Assembly: GCA_964609095.1 (NCBI GenBank)
Contig: CAZSQN010000001.1
Location: 278,117 to 342,116 of the forward strand
DNA from: an uncultured Gammaproteobacteria bacterium
GTDB taxonomy: Bacteria > Patescibacteriota > Patescibacteriia > CAZSQN01
Direction of reading: 5' to 3'
Length of the DNA stretch: 64,000 bases
A model generated the notes under the pieces. That model had not been told where the DNA came from, searched no databases, and was given only the letters and a program-made list of their open reading frames with translations. The first letter of the stretch is position 1; the number at the start of each line of letters is the position of its first letter. Below are positions 44,611 to 54,614 of the stretch, piece by piece. Made by a program: the position numbers and the translations under genes.

Positions 44611-47600
44611 ATGCGAAAACCAAGTTTTTATTCATTAATTAAAAAGACGACATACGGTATTGCCGTGTTGTCGATTTTATTTTCAATTCTTTCTATCTTA
44701 TATTTTTTTCCGGATTCGGCTTGGGCACACCCCTATCTTGACGCGCTTAATTATATCACGGGAGGCCGTCCATCAGCAGTTTTTATTGACGATTTTGATA
44801 ATGACGGCAACAAGGATATGGCCGTAGCTAATAATATTACCAGTTGGAATCTTTGGATTCTTCGAAATAATGGTAACGGCACATTTAGTTCCCCGACTCC
44901 TTATGGGCTGGGTACGTGCGGCGGGCGAGATGTCAAAGGCGCGGATTTTAACAGTGACGGCAACAAGGATTTGGCAATAAGCTGCGGGTCAGCTGTCAGA
45001 GTCGTGTTGGGCAATGGCGACGGAACATTTGGTTCGCCGGCAACATATGATATCGGTCCGAGTTACACGCTTCTTGGTTTGGATATTTCGGATTTTAATA
45101 ATGACACTAAACTTGATTTAGTTGTGGCTGATTATGATGCCAACGGAGTTTCTGTTTTGTTGGGCAATGGTGACGGAATATTTGGTTCTCCCTCATTTTT
45201 AAGCATGGGCGGTCTTGTTTATGATGTTGTTTCCGCCGATTTTGACAATGACGGCAACACGGATTTGGCAAGTGCCAATTATAGCTCCACTGTTACGGTT
45301 CGTTTAGGAAGCGGCAATGGGACATTTTATCCGTTAACATCATATAGCCTGCCAATGGGCGCCGTTAGTATTACCACCAATGACTTTAACGGCGACGGCA
45401 ATAAGGATCTGGCGGTTGCTAACATGGAAACTGATAGCATCTACGTTCTTCTGGGAACGGGAACGGGAAGCTTTGGAAACGCAACCAATTATTCCGCTGG
45501 CGACGGAGCTTATTCTGTCTTTAGCGCGGACCTTGACGGCGACGGCAATAAGGATCTGGCGGTTGCTAATTCCAATGCCAACACCGCCTCCATTCTTTTA
45601 GGAGACGGCAATGGCAGTTTTTCTCTTGGCGCTAATTATGGCGGCTTTGGCCTAAGTCCGAATTCTATTTCTGGCGCTGATTTAGATAATGATTCCAAAA
45701 TTGATTTGGCGGTTGCCAACTGGGGAAGCGGTGATATTTCTGTTCTGATAAGCGCCATTCCTCCAAATACCGCCATTACCAGCGCCACAGTGTCTAATGG
45801 CGGCACTACTACCAGCAGTTCTATTACTTTTAATTTTTCTGGCGCTGCCGGTGAGGCGCCGGTTGACCACCTTGAATGCTCTTTGGATGGCGGGGTTTAT
45901 ACCGTTTGCATCAGCCCCCAAACTTATTCCAATCTGTCTACCGGTGTCCATTCTTTTGCCGTTCGCGCCGTTGATGCGGGCGGCCTATCTGATCCAACTC
46001 CATCCGTCTGGGGTTGGACCATAACCGGAAGCGCGGTTCCTATTGATTACGGCGCCAATACTTACAACACGCGGGAACGTCCAACCGCAGTTTTTCTTGG
46101 CGATTTTAATAATGATGGCGCCAAGGATATGGCCGTAACCTATGCTATTAGCAGCGGTCTGAATTTTTCGATTTTTCTAAATAATGGCGACGGAACATTT
46201 GGTTCAGCAAGTAATTATGAATTGTGCCCGGGGCGAGATGTCAAAGGCGCGGATTTTAACAGTGACGGCAACAAGGATTTGGCAATAAGCTGCGGGTCAG
46301 CTGTCAGAGTCGTGTTGGGCAATGGCGACGGAACATTTGGTTCGCCGGCAACATATGATATCGGTCCGAGTTACACGCTTCTTGGTTTGGATATTTCGGA
46401 TTTTAATAATGACACTAAACTTGATTTAGTTGTGGCTGATTATGATGCCAACGGAGTTTCTGTTTTGTTGGGCAATGGTGACGGAATATTTGGTTCTCCC
46501 TCATTTTTAAGCATGGGCGGTCTTGTTTATGATGTTGTTTCCGCCGATTTTGACAATGACGGCAACACGGATTTGGCAAGTGCCAATTATAGCTCCACTG
46601 TTACGGTTCGTTTAGGAAGCGGCAATGGGACATTTTATCCGTTAACATCATATAGCCTGCCAATGGGCGCCGTTAGTATTACCACCAATGACTTTAACGG
46701 CGACGGCAATAAGGATCTGGCGGTTGCTAACATGGAAACTGATAGCATCTACGTTCTTCTGGGAACGGGAACGGGAAGCTTTGGAAACGCAACCAATTAT
46801 TCCGCTGGCGACGGAGCTTATTCTGTCTTTAGCGCGGACCTTGACGGCGACGGCAATAAGGATCTGGCCGCCGCTAACTATTATTCCAATACCGCCTCTA
46901 TTTTTGTCGGAGCCGGCGATGGAACCTTTTCTCTGGATTCTACTTATGCTGTTGGCACAAACCCTGATTATATCAATGGCGCTGACTTGAACAATGATTC
47001 CATAATAGATTTGGTAACCGCTAATCGGGGAAGCAATAATGTCACTGTTCTTGCTGGCGTTGATACCGTTGCTCCTAACACCACTATCACATCCGCGCCT
47101 GCCAATCCATCCACCTCTTCTTCCGCCTCTTTCAGCTTCACTTCGACCGAAACCGGAACATTTGAATGTTCGCTTGATGGCGGGGCATGGGAGGCCTGTT
47201 CATCGCCAAAGTCGTACAGCGGATTGTTCGAGGCAAGCCATTCATTTGAAGTACGGGCAATCGACGGCGCGGGCAATACGGATCCGTCGCCAGCTTCCTA
47301 TTCATGGACGGTTGACCTGACAGCTCCAGATACGACAATTACTTCCAGTCCGTCAAATCCTACAAATTCAACCTCCGCCTCTTTCAGCTTCACTTCGACC
47401 GAAACCGGAACATTTGAATGTTCGCTTGATGGCGGGGCATGGGAGGCCTGCTCATCGCCAAAGTCATACGGCGGCCTTTCTGACGGCAGCCATGCTTTTT
47501 CTGTGCGGGCCACAGATGTTGCCGGCAATACAGACGCGACACCGGCGTCGTATTCCTGGACAGTTGACACCATCGCGCCTAACACGACCATAACTTCCAA

Positions 47601-48090
47601 CCCCGCAAATCCTTCCAATTCCTCTTCCGCTTCATTTGAGTTTACTTCAAACGAGAGCGGGTCAAGCTTTGATTGCTCTTTAGACGGCGGAGCTTGGTTG
47701 GCGTGTTCGTCTCCAAATGGCTACAGCGGACTTAGCGAGGGAAGCCACGCTTTTGAAGTCAGGGCAACAGATAATGCCGGCAATACTGATCCGTCCCCGG
47801 CTTCTTATGCCTGGACAATTGATCTTACGCCGCCTGACACCACCATCACCTCTAATCCCGGCCCCGTGACCCTCTTGAATAATCCGGCAACATTCCAGTT
47901 TACTTCAACGGAATCCGGCTCAACTTTTGAATGTTCGCTGGATAGTGGAGCGTGGAGCGTCTGCAGCTCGCCGAAAACTTATGTCGGCCTGGCGCTTGGC
48001 AACCATACTTTCCGCGTGCGCGCCATAGATCAGGCGGGAAATATTGACGGCTCGCCGGCAACGCATAGCTGGACAGTGATAAATCTTTAA
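44611..48090 (+). CDS. Large secreted FG-GAP-repeat (beta-propeller) protein with C-terminal Ig-like domain repeats, adhesin-like
   Basis: It has a signal peptide and many FG-GAP-like repeats (DFN.DGN.DLAVAN). Five repeats of about 82 aa follow (TTITS.P.NPS.SSSASF.FTSTE.G.FECSLDGGAW..CSSP..Y.GL..GSH.F.VRA.D.AGN.D). It contains a 638-bp internal near-perfect duplication. Confidence 0.8.
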   Translation: MRKPSFYSLIKKTTYGIAVLSILFSILSILYFFPDSAWAHPYLDALNYITGGRPSAVFIDDFDNDGNKDMAVANNITSWNLWILRNNGNGTFSSPTPYGLGTCGGRDVKGADFNSDGNKDLAISCGSAVRVVLGNGDGTFGSPATYDIGPSYTLLGLDISDFNNDTKLDLVVADYDANGVSVLLGNGDGIFGSPSFLSMGGLVYDVVSADFDNDGNTDLASANYSSTVTVRLGSGNGTFYPLTSYSLPMGAVSITTNDFNGDGNKDLAVANMETDSIYVLLGTGTGSFGNATNYSAGDGAYSVFSADLDGDGNKDLAVANSNANTASILLGDGNGSFSLGANYGGFGLSPNSISGADLDNDSKIDLAVANWGSGDISVLISAIPPNTAITSATVSNGGTTTSSSITFNFSGAAGEAPVDHLECSLDGGVYTVCISPQTYSNLSTGVHSFAVRAVDAGGLSDPTPSVWGWTITGSAVPIDYGANTYNTRERPTAVFLGDFNNDGAKDMAVTYAISSGLNFSIFLNNGDGTFGSASNYELCPGRDVKGADFNSDGNKDLAISCGSAVRVVLGNGDGTFGSPATYDIGPSYTLLGLDISDFNNDTKLDLVVADYDANGVSVLLGNGDGIFGSPSFLSMGGLVYDVVSADFDNDGNTDLASANYSSTVTVRLGSGNGTFYPLTSYSLPMGAVSITTNDFNGDGNKDLAVANMETDSIYVLLGTGTGSFGNATNYSAGDGAYSVFSADLDGDGNKDLAAANYYSNTASIFVGAGDGTFSLDSTYAVGTNPDYINGADLNNDSIIDLVTANRGSNNVTVLAGVDTVAPNTTITSAPANPSTSSSASFSFTSTETGTFECSLDGGAWEACSSPKSYSGLFEASHSFEVRAIDGAGNTDPSPASYSWTVDLTAPDTTITSSPSNPTNSTSASFSFTSTETGTFECSLDGGAWEACSSPKSYGGLSDGSHAFSVRATDVAGNTDATPASYSWTVDTIAPNTTITSNPANPSNSSSASFEFTSNESGSSFDCSLDGGAWLACSSPNGYSGLSEGSHAFEVRATDNAGNTDPSPASYAWTIDLTPPDTTITSNPGPVTLLNNPATFQFTSTESGSTFECSLDSGAWSVCSSPKTYVGLALGNHTFRVRAIDQAGNIDGSPATHSWTVINL
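44923..45560 (+). repeat. Intragenic duplication copy A (638 bp)
   Basis: Near-identical to 46231-46868, for example ggcgagatgtcaaaggcgcggattttaacagtgacggcaacaaggatttggcaataagctgcgggtc... through ...gaccttgacggcgacggcaataaggatctggc. Confidence 0.85.
46231..46868 (+). repeat. Intragenic duplication copy B (638 bp)
   Basis: Copy of 44923-45560, offset by 1308 bp within the same ORF. Confidence 0.85.
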
Positions 48091-48118
48091 AGAGGTATTT
48101 CATCAGGCAACAAAATCA

Positions 48119-48155
48119 ACAACCCCCCCTTTTTTTTGGAGGGGGTTTGTTTGTT
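48119..48155 (+). terminator. Rho-independent terminator
   Basis: The sequence is aacccccccttttttttggagggggtttgtttgtttt. Confidence 0.65.
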
Positions 48156-48196
48156 TTCTTTCCGTTGCCAACTGCCCTGGAATCAGGAATAATGAA

Positions 48197-48282
48197 AATA
48201 CGAATCGCCACGGATAGGTGCGAATCGCGCGAATTCGCGGATATGCATATTCGATGATTCGCATAAAATTCGTAAATTCGTA
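48197..48282. repeat. GCGAAT/ATTCGC palindrome-family tract (promoter region of mutM)
   Basis: The tract is acgaatcgcc...gtgcgaatcgcgcgaattcgcggatatgcatattcgatgattcgcataaaattcgtaaattcgta, with related tracts at 19772, 20307, 32915, 49797, 56637 and 63933. Confidence 0.7.
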
Positions 48283-48292
48283 TTATATTTTT

Positions 48293-49120
48293 ATGCCGGA
48301 GCTTCCCGAAGTAGAAACGATTAAAAGGCAGATGGAACGCGCCATTAAAGGGCGCACTGTTTTGGGTGTTGAAGTTATCAAATCTAAAAAGATAAACGTG
48401 CCGGCCAAAGAATTTATCAAGGCCGTAAAAGGCGCGAAAATAAAGAGCATTGGACGCCGCGCCAAAATGTTTATCATTGGTTTTAGCAGCGGCTGGACGG
48501 CTGTCATCCATTTAATAATGACCGGCCGGCTTTTACTTAAACCTCAATCCTCAAAGCCCACGCCGCATACTTTTGTTGTCTTCACGCTTGCCGGAGGCAA
48601 AAAACTTTTTTGGGACGATATCCGCAAGTTTGGATTTTTAAAAATGGTTAAGACAGAAAAATTGTCTGAATTTCTGGGAAGTTATGGTTTGGGCCCAGAG
48701 CCGCTCCAGAAAGATTTCAGCGCGGAGAAATTAAAACAATGCCTGCGCAAATACGGCCGCAAGAAGATTAAGCCGCTTCTAATGGAACAGCAATGCGTTG
48801 CCGGCATCGGAAACATTTACGCCGCTGAAATCCTGGCTTACGCCGGCGTGCACCCGCTACGTTTAGCAGGCGCGTTGTCCGAAAAAGAAGTTAAACGGAT
48901 GCACGAAGGCATGAAAAAGATTCTTTCCTCCGCCATTGCCAAGAGAGGCACCTCCGCCGACGCTTACGTGGACCTTTACGGGAAAACGGGTGAATTTGTT
49001 CCTGTGTTAAAAGTTTACGGACGCGAAGGGGAAAAGTGCGCTTATTGCCGCAAAGGCGTGATAAAAAAAATAGTTTTGGGAGGCAGAGGAACGTATTTTT
49101 GCCCGAAACACCAGAGTTAA
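48293..49120 (+). CDS. mutM: Formamidopyrimidine-DNA glycosylase
   Basis: It has the N-terminal MPELPEVETI and a C-terminal zinc finger CAYCRKG...GGRGTYFCPKHQ. Confidence 0.93.
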   Translation: MPELPEVETIKRQMERAIKGRTVLGVEVIKSKKINVPAKEFIKAVKGAKIKSIGRRAKMFIIGFSSGWTAVIHLIMTGRLLLKPQSSKPTPHTFVVFTLAGGKKLFWDDIRKFGFLKMVKTEKLSEFLGSYGLGPEPLQKDFSAEKLKQCLRKYGRKKIKPLLMEQQCVAGIGNIYAAEILAYAGVHPLRLAGALSEKEVKRMHEGMKKILSSAIAKRGTSADAYVDLYGKTGEFVPVLKVYGREGEKCAYCRKGVIKKIVLGGRGTYFCPKHQS

Positions 49121-49190
49121 TTTCAGATTTCAAATTGTAGATTTCAAATTTAAAAAGTAAATCTAAAATCTGAAATCATAAATCTGAAAT
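49121..49190. repeat. AT-rich imperfect palindrome built from TTTCAGATTT / AAATCTGAAA units
   Basis: tttcagatttcaaattgtagatttcaaattt ... aaatctaaaatctgaaatcataaatctgaaat. A related tract is at 22227-22305, and in-frame AAATCTG x4 repeats lie inside prmC (19382-19414; 19181-19210). Confidence 0.6.
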
Positions 49191-49191
49191 T

Positions 49192-49797
49192 ATGTTTGAT
49201 TCTCTCACCATAGATACATTGCGCGATTATTCATGGCTCGGTTATGCGATTCTGTTTATCGGCATGGTTTTTGAAGGCGAGTCGGTTTTGATGATTGTCG
49301 CCACTTCATCGCGATTGGGAATTATTTCACCGTTTTTTGTGTGGCTTTTCGCCGTCGCCGGCGTGATTGTCGGCGATATTTTCTGGTTTCTGCTTGGCGG
49401 AAAAGTCGGCGCGAAACTTCTCTCCCGTTACGGAAAAATCCTTTTTATCACGGAGGCGCGCGTGGCGGCGCTCTCCCGCTACCTGAATTCCTCGCAAAAG
49501 AAGGCGGGCGGCCTTATTTTTCTGGCAAAGTATCTATACGGCTTTACGCATTTGACCTTAATCACAATCGGCGCCTCGCGCTTGCGGTTTCGGACATTTA
49601 TTATTTACACCGTTCCGGCGGCAATACTGTGGGTTTCAATTTTTTTTGCCGCCGGATACGTTTATGCCGACGCGGTTAAGGATTTAGAAAATAATCTGCC
49701 GCGCGTTCTCGGAGGGCTCGCGCTTATTATCGTTATAGTGACTTTTGTATCAAAATTATTGGGAAGATATTTTGAGAAAAAGCATTTAAAAATATAA
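49192..49797 (+). CDS. DedA-family (VTT domain) membrane protein
   Basis: It has the DedA signature region FEGESVLMIVA...FVWLFAVAGVIVGDIFWFLLG and multiple TM helices. Confidence 0.8.
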   Translation: MFDSLTIDTLRDYSWLGYAILFIGMVFEGESVLMIVATSSRLGIISPFFVWLFAVAGVIVGDIFWFLLGGKVGAKLLSRYGKILFITEARVAALSRYLNSSQKKAGGLIFLAKYLYGFTHLTLITIGASRLRFRTFIIYTVPAAILWVSIFFAAGYVYADAVKDLENNLPRVLGGLALIIVIVTFVSKLLGRYFEKKHLKI

Positions 49798-49810
49798 TGC
49801 GAATCCGCCA

Positions 49811-51370
49811 ATGAAGGCGAATGCCGCGAATATGCGAATATCTTTAAAAAATTATCCGGGCGTAACTTTGATAGAGATGCTTACCGTCATCTCAATTATC
49901 GGCGTGCTTGCCACTATCGGCAACGCCTCTTATGAAGAGGTGCGCCGTTTGGGACGCGATGTCAGGAGGACCTCCGACATCAAGCAGATGCAGACCGCGC
50001 TGGAGCTTTATTTTGCGTCGCATAATTTTTATCCCTCCGACCAAAATCCGGGAGAGGGCGGAATAATTATCGGCGGGAGCGGCGCGATTGCCTTGGATGA
50101 CGCGAGCGGCTTTACCCGCAGCCCGCAAGGCGTTATTTATTCCCGCTTTTCTTTGGGAAATCCCGGTCCGCGTGGTATTCCATACGAATATCGGTCCTTG
50201 GATACAAATGGAAATGATTGCGACAAGAATTGCCCGTACTACGAAATACGTTTCGCGACCGAAGGCCGCATGGCCGGCCTTGATGAGGGGCTGCATATCT
50301 TAACGCCTTTGGGCATTCTTGGTCCAAAAGGCCCCTCCGAGCTTTCGCGGCCGGAAACGGGAGCAATTGTTAAAGAAGGCGCGATTCTTGTGGGAGTTGA
50401 AACATATAAAGCCGCGATTGGCTTGGTAAGAGAAGCAAGAATCGTTTTGGATAATCCTCAAGTTGAAGCGGCAAGTTCCGTTGCCTCTCCGGCATCCGCG
50501 GCCATTCCGCTTGCCTCCGCCGCTCTCTCCGGCGGACTGGCGTTGCAGCAATACTTGCTCGCTTTTATCACTCAGCCGCTGCTTTTATTGTTTCGTCGGA
50601 AGCGGAAAAATTGGGGCGTAGTTTATAATGCGCTGACCAAACTTCCGGTGGATTTGGCCATTGTGCGGCTTTATGACTTAAATAAAAATAAGATTGTCGG
50701 CAGCACGGTAAGCGATCGCGACGGGCGTTTTTCTTTTATTTCTCCCCCCGGCAGCTACAGAATAGAAACGGTTAAGCCGACTTTGTCGTTTCCGTCATCA
50801 ATACTTTCCGGCGCCAGAGCTGACGGCGGCTACGGCGATCTTTATTTTGGCGAAACATTGGAAGTTTCCGCCGAAGAGCCGCCGCATCCAAACGTGCCCA
50901 TGGATCCGAGAGAGAAGGATTTTTCCGCCGGGGCGGTGCGGGCGAGAAATATCATGGCCGGATTTCAGCATTTTTTCGCCTTAATCGGTCCGGGCATAGC
51001 GGCAGCCGCCTTTGCTTCGGTGCCAAGCGTATTTTCCGGGGCGGTGTTGTTTCTGCATATTCTTTTATATTTGTTTTTCCGAAGATTGCGGGAGGTTGGG
51101 AGAGCGCGAAGCTATGGAGCGGTCTATGAAGAAGAAACAAGACGCCCTATCTCCGGAGCTATTTTGCGCCTTTACGCGCTCCCGTACCACAAATTAGCGG
51201 AAACAAAAATTTCCGACTTTAACGGGCGTTACTTTTTTTTAGTCGGTCCGGGCGAATTTTACCTGACCGCGGAGCGCGGCGGCTATATGAAGACGGAAAC
51301 AGAACCGGTGAAAATAGAAACGCGGACCGCGACCATCAATGCCATGCTTCCTCTGCGCAGGGAAATGTGA
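49811..51370 (+). CDS. Large pseudopilin-like protein with prepilin-type N-terminal motif
   Basis: GVTLIEMLTVISIIGVLATIG has the prepilin cleavage/methylation pattern. The true start may be the ATG at 49832, because the first ATG lies inside the GCGAAT repeat tract. Internal TM segments and two beta-sandwich-like repeats follow. Confidence 0.65.
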   Translation: MKANAANMRISLKNYPGVTLIEMLTVISIIGVLATIGNASYEEVRRLGRDVRRTSDIKQMQTALELYFASHNFYPSDQNPGEGGIIIGGSGAIALDDASGFTRSPQGVIYSRFSLGNPGPRGIPYEYRSLDTNGNDCDKNCPYYEIRFATEGRMAGLDEGLHILTPLGILGPKGPSELSRPETGAIVKEGAILVGVETYKAAIGLVREARIVLDNPQVEAASSVASPASAAIPLASAALSGGLALQQYLLAFITQPLLLLFRRKRKNWGVVYNALTKLPVDLAIVRLYDLNKNKIVGSTVSDRDGRFSFISPPGSYRIETVKPTLSFPSSILSGARADGGYGDLYFGETLEVSAEEPPHPNVPMDPREKDFSAGAVRARNIMAGFQHFFALIGPGIAAAAFASVPSVFSGAVLFLHILLYLFFRRLREVGRARSYGAVYEEETRRPISGAILRLYALPYHKLAETKISDFNGRYFFLVGPGEFYLTAERGGYMKTETEPVKIETRTATINAMLPLRREM

Positions 51371-51385
51371 TAAAATCGGGGTATG

Positions 51386-51445
51386 CCCCGCACATAACGA
51401 ATTATGTGCTGGGGGTGCGTTGGATTAAATAAAATATGTGCGGGG
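51386..51445. mobile_element. Palindromic element family B, copy 3
   Basis: ccccgcacataacgaattatgtgctggggg ... atatgtgcggggtATG. The right end again supplies the SD-like motif and start codon, here for the PAP2 gene. Confidence 0.6.
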
Positions 51446-51446
51446 T

Positions 51447-51968
51447 ATGTTTGATTTTGAGCTGTTTCGGGCTATTAACGGCTTGGCCGGTAAAAACATA
51501 ATTTTGGACGCGTTAGGCGTTTTTTTTGCCGTTCATTTGCTTGCCGCTATGCTCGCTGTTGCGGCGGCTGTTTCTTTTTACAGAAAGAAAATATCAATAT
51601 TTTTATTCGCGCTTTCGTCCGGCGCTCTGGGATTTGGCGTATCCCAGCTCATAGGAATAATTAATTTTCGTCCAAGGCCTTTTATTCTTCTTGAAGGCGT
51701 AAGACAATTGGTTTCCAAATCGCCTTTAAGCAAGTCGTTCCCATCCGACCACGCCACCCTTGCTTTCGCGCTGGCCGCGTCTCTGTATTTTTCCGGAGAG
51801 AAAAAGTGGGGGACGGCAATGTTCGTTTTGGCCGCGGCCGTGGCGCTTGGACGGGTATTTACGGGGATACATTTTCCGTTGGACATCGCCGCCGGCGCCT
51901 TGCTTGGAATTTTATCCGCTTTTATGGTAAATAATACTTGGAAGAAAATATATGGAGCCAAAAAATAA
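51447..51968 (+). CDS. PAP2-family phosphatase (undecaprenyl-diphosphatase-like)
   Basis: It has the PAP2 motifs FRPRPF, PSDHAT and GRVFTGIHFPLD. The start is ATG 51447. Confidence 0.8.
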   Translation: MFDFELFRAINGLAGKNIILDALGVFFAVHLLAAMLAVAAAVSFYRKKISIFLFALSSGALGFGVSQLIGIINFRPRPFILLEGVRQLVSKSPLSKSFPSDHATLAFALAASLYFSGEKKWGTAMFVLAAAVALGRVFTGIHFPLDIAAGALLGILSAFMVNNTWKKIYGAKK

Positions 51969-52416
51969 ACAAATTGTCGTTGCCGTATCCGGCGGGTTTG
52001 ACCCCATCCACATCGGCCATGTGCGTATGTTTGACGAAGCCAAAAAATTGGGAGACAAATTGGTGGTGATTTTGAATAATGACAACTGGCTTTTAAAAAA
52101 GAAGGGCTATGTTTTTATGAAAGAAGAGGAGAGGAAAGAGGTTATAGAGGCCTTGCGTTCGGTGAACAGAGTGGTTTTGACCTCGCACGGAACGAATCCG
52201 GAAGACATGAGCGTCTGCGCGGAACTCGGCAAACTTAAGCCGGATATTTTTGCCAACGGCGGCGACAGGAAATTGGACAATATTCCCGAAGTCGCGGTTT
52301 GCGAGTCAATCGGCTGCAAAATGGTCTTTAATGTCGGGCACGGAGGCAAGGTGCAAAGCAGCTCCTGGCTCACGGCTGAATATTTGAAATCTCAAACCCT
52401 AAACCCTAAACGCTAA
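51952..52416 (+). CDS. Cytidylyltransferase-family nucleotidyltransferase (RfaE domain II / TagD-like)
   Basis: It has the HxGH motif (GGFDPIHIGHV) and is small (154 aa). Confidence 0.65.
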   Translation: MEPKNKQIVVAVSGGFDPIHIGHVRMFDEAKKLGDKLVVILNNDNWLLKKKGYVFMKEEERKEVIEALRSVNRVVLTSHGTNPEDMSVCAELGKLKPDIFANGGDRKLDNIPEVAVCESIGCKMVFNVGHGGKVQSSSWLTAEYLKSQTLNPKR

Positions 52417-52419
52417 ACC

Positions 52420-53436
52420 CTATTTTTCAAAAAGCCGTTTAGCTTCTTCCCAGAATTCGGCGTTGCCTTGCTTCTCTTTGAGCCAATACCACCATTCCAC
52501 GCCCCAGAGATAGATTTCCGATAAACCGGTGCGGCGGGCGAAGTCAATATTCCGTTTGAAACGCGCCAGATTCATTGATTGGTACTGCTCCTCCAAGGGC
52601 AGTTTATTGTTGGGAAGCCGTCCCCACGGTTCTGCCTGCAATTCGGTCACAATGACTTTTTGCGCATAGCGCGGAGAGACCGTTTCCGCTTTTTTTCGGT
52701 AATAAGCCGGCGGTATGGGGAAATAAAAATATCCGAAAATTTTATCCCAGGTGGCCCTGTACATGCTGATGCCCAGAATATCCGCTATTTCCGCGGCGCG
52801 TATCCAGCTGGAGAGCTCTCCGGAATCAGTGATGACAACAGGGCGGTTATCAAGTCCGTGGACGATATCAACTTCCTTTTTTAAGAGTTCCGCGCCGTGA
52901 GGCGGACAAACGCCGAATTTAAACAAGGCCTCGTTTTCCACCTGCCAGGCGTAAATCGCCGGAGATGAGCGAAAATGTTTGACGGTTGCCTGAAGCGACC
53001 CCAAGAGCTTAAGTTCCTGTTCGTCAGGGCTTATTTTTTTCGCCCATTCCGGAATATGGCACTCGGGCCAGCGGGGAAGCTTTCTGCCGACGGCCAAAAG
53101 TATCTTTGCCCCTCTTTTTTGCGCCTCGTCAAGCATCCAGTCATAATCGTCAAAACGATAATTTTTTGAAGTCGGTTCTATGTCGTTCCAGTACACGGGA
53201 ATCCTGAACAATCTGATTTTAAGGTCGTCAAGCGCGGCAATATAGGCCGTCTTCCAATCCAGCTCAAGCGCCTCTGCGTACGATTTGCTAAAGGTGGCGC
53301 CCCAAACGGGCTCCGGAGTTTTTTTAGGCCGATATTGCGCCTTCCAGGCGAATAAAACAAAAATTAAAAACGCAAGCAATATTCCGCAGATTATAAAGAC
53401 GATAAGCTGTCGTTTCTCCCGTTTTGATTTTGGCAT
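52420..53436 (-). CDS. Putative glycoside hydrolase (GH5-like TIM barrel), membrane-anchored
   Basis: It has an N-terminal TM helix, a candidate acid/base motif VENEA, and a candidate nucleophile in VTELQAEPWG. Confidence 0.5.
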   Translation of the reverse strand: MPKSKREKRQLIVFIICGILLAFLIFVLFAWKAQYRPKKTPEPVWGATFSKSYAEALELDWKTAYIAALDDLKIRLFRIPVYWNDIEPTSKNYRFDDYDWMLDEAQKRGAKILLAVGRKLPRWPECHIPEWAKKISPDEQELKLLGSLQATVKHFRSSPAIYAWQVENEALFKFGVCPPHGAELLKKEVDIVHGLDNRPVVITDSGELSSWIRAAEIADILGISMYRATWDKIFGYFYFPIPPAYYRKKAETVSPRYAQKVIVTELQAEPWGRLPNNKLPLEEQYQSMNLARFKRNIDFARRTGLSEIYLWGVEWWYWLKEKQGNAEFWEEAKRLFEK

Positions 53437-53471
53437 ATTTATATTTATATTGTACCATAAGAAAGATGCTT

Positions 53472-54503
53472 ATGAAGCGAATGATTTTAGCCGCCTTTGC
53501 GCTGATAGCGCTTTCCGGCACTGTGATTGCCGGCGGTTTTTTTAATGAATTTTATCTTAAAAAACCGGCTGCCGGCGCCAAAGAAAAGACCTTTGCCATT
53601 GCCAAAGATTCGGGCGTTAACCAAATCAGTCGAGATTTGAAAAATGCCGGTTTGATAGAAAATTCTTTTATTTTTGAAACCTATGTCTGGCTCGCGCAAA
53701 AAGAACGGCAATTCCGCGCCGGCGTTTTTCTTCTGAAAGAGGGGATGAACATGACCGGAGTCGCAAAAATTTTAACTTCCGGCGGCGGCAAAGAAGAAAA
53801 AATTATCACCATCATTCCCGGCTGGACGCTGCGCGATATTAAAAAATATCTTATTGAACAAGGCGTTAAAAATATGGAGGCGTTTGATTCTCTGGCCGGA
53901 CGGTCCGCGCAGCTTTATCCGTCCTCTGACTGGAGTGGAGATTTTGAGTTCCTGTCCGACAAGCCGAAAAATCTGGGGCTGGAAGGATATTTTTCCCCGG
54001 ATACTTACAGGATATTTGCCGACGCCGGCGCGGAGGATGTCATCCGCAAGGCATTGCGGAATTTCGGCCTTAAATTTGATGCCGAGCTTCGCGCGGAAGC
54101 GGAAAAGAAAAAGATGACGATTTTTGAAGTCGTCACGCTTGCTTCCATAGTGGAGCGCGAAGTCAGGAGTGAAGAAGATATGGCCAAGGTCGCTGACGTA
54201 TTTTTGCGCCGCCTGGCGCTCGGGATGCCGCTTCAGGCGGATTCCACCGTGAATTATGTGACCGAGCGCGATACCCCGGCCATATCATTAAAAGATCGGG
54301 AATTGGACTCGTTGTGGAACACTTATAAATATCGCGGCTTGCCAAAAGGGCCGATTGGGAACCCCGGGCTCGCTGCCATTAAAGCTGTTTTAGAGCCGGA
54401 GCCAAATCCTTACCTTTATTTTTTAACAACTGCCGATGGCGAGGTTATTTATTCCCGGGTTTTGGAAGAGCATAACGCGGCTAAGCGAAAATATCTAAAA
54501 TAA
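53472..54503 (+). CDS. mltG: Endolytic murein transglycosylase MltG (YceG-like)
   Basis: It has an N-terminal TM helix and the YceG-like domain (GLPKGPIGNPGLAAIKAVLEP). The start is uncertain; ATGs at 53466, 53472 and 53481 are all possible. Confidence 0.8.
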   Translation: MKRMILAAFALIALSGTVIAGGFFNEFYLKKPAAGAKEKTFAIAKDSGVNQISRDLKNAGLIENSFIFETYVWLAQKERQFRAGVFLLKEGMNMTGVAKILTSGGGKEEKIITIIPGWTLRDIKKYLIEQGVKNMEAFDSLAGRSAQLYPSSDWSGDFEFLSDKPKNLGLEGYFSPDTYRIFADAGAEDVIRKALRNFGLKFDAELRAEAEKKKMTIFEVVTLASIVEREVRSEEDMAKVADVFLRRLALGMPLQADSTVNYVTERDTPAISLKDRELDSLWNTYKYRGLPKGPIGNPGLAAIKAVLEPEPNPYLYFLTTADGEVIYSRVLEEHNAAKRKYLK

Positions 54504-54614
54504 GCCAAAATTCCGTTATTTAACGGCTCTTCGCGGCTTTGAACTTGACGAGAGCGCGATTTTGTGGTATTCTTCAATGAAGTTCTTTTCAGACATTAAA
54601 TGCGGAGGTTTGCC

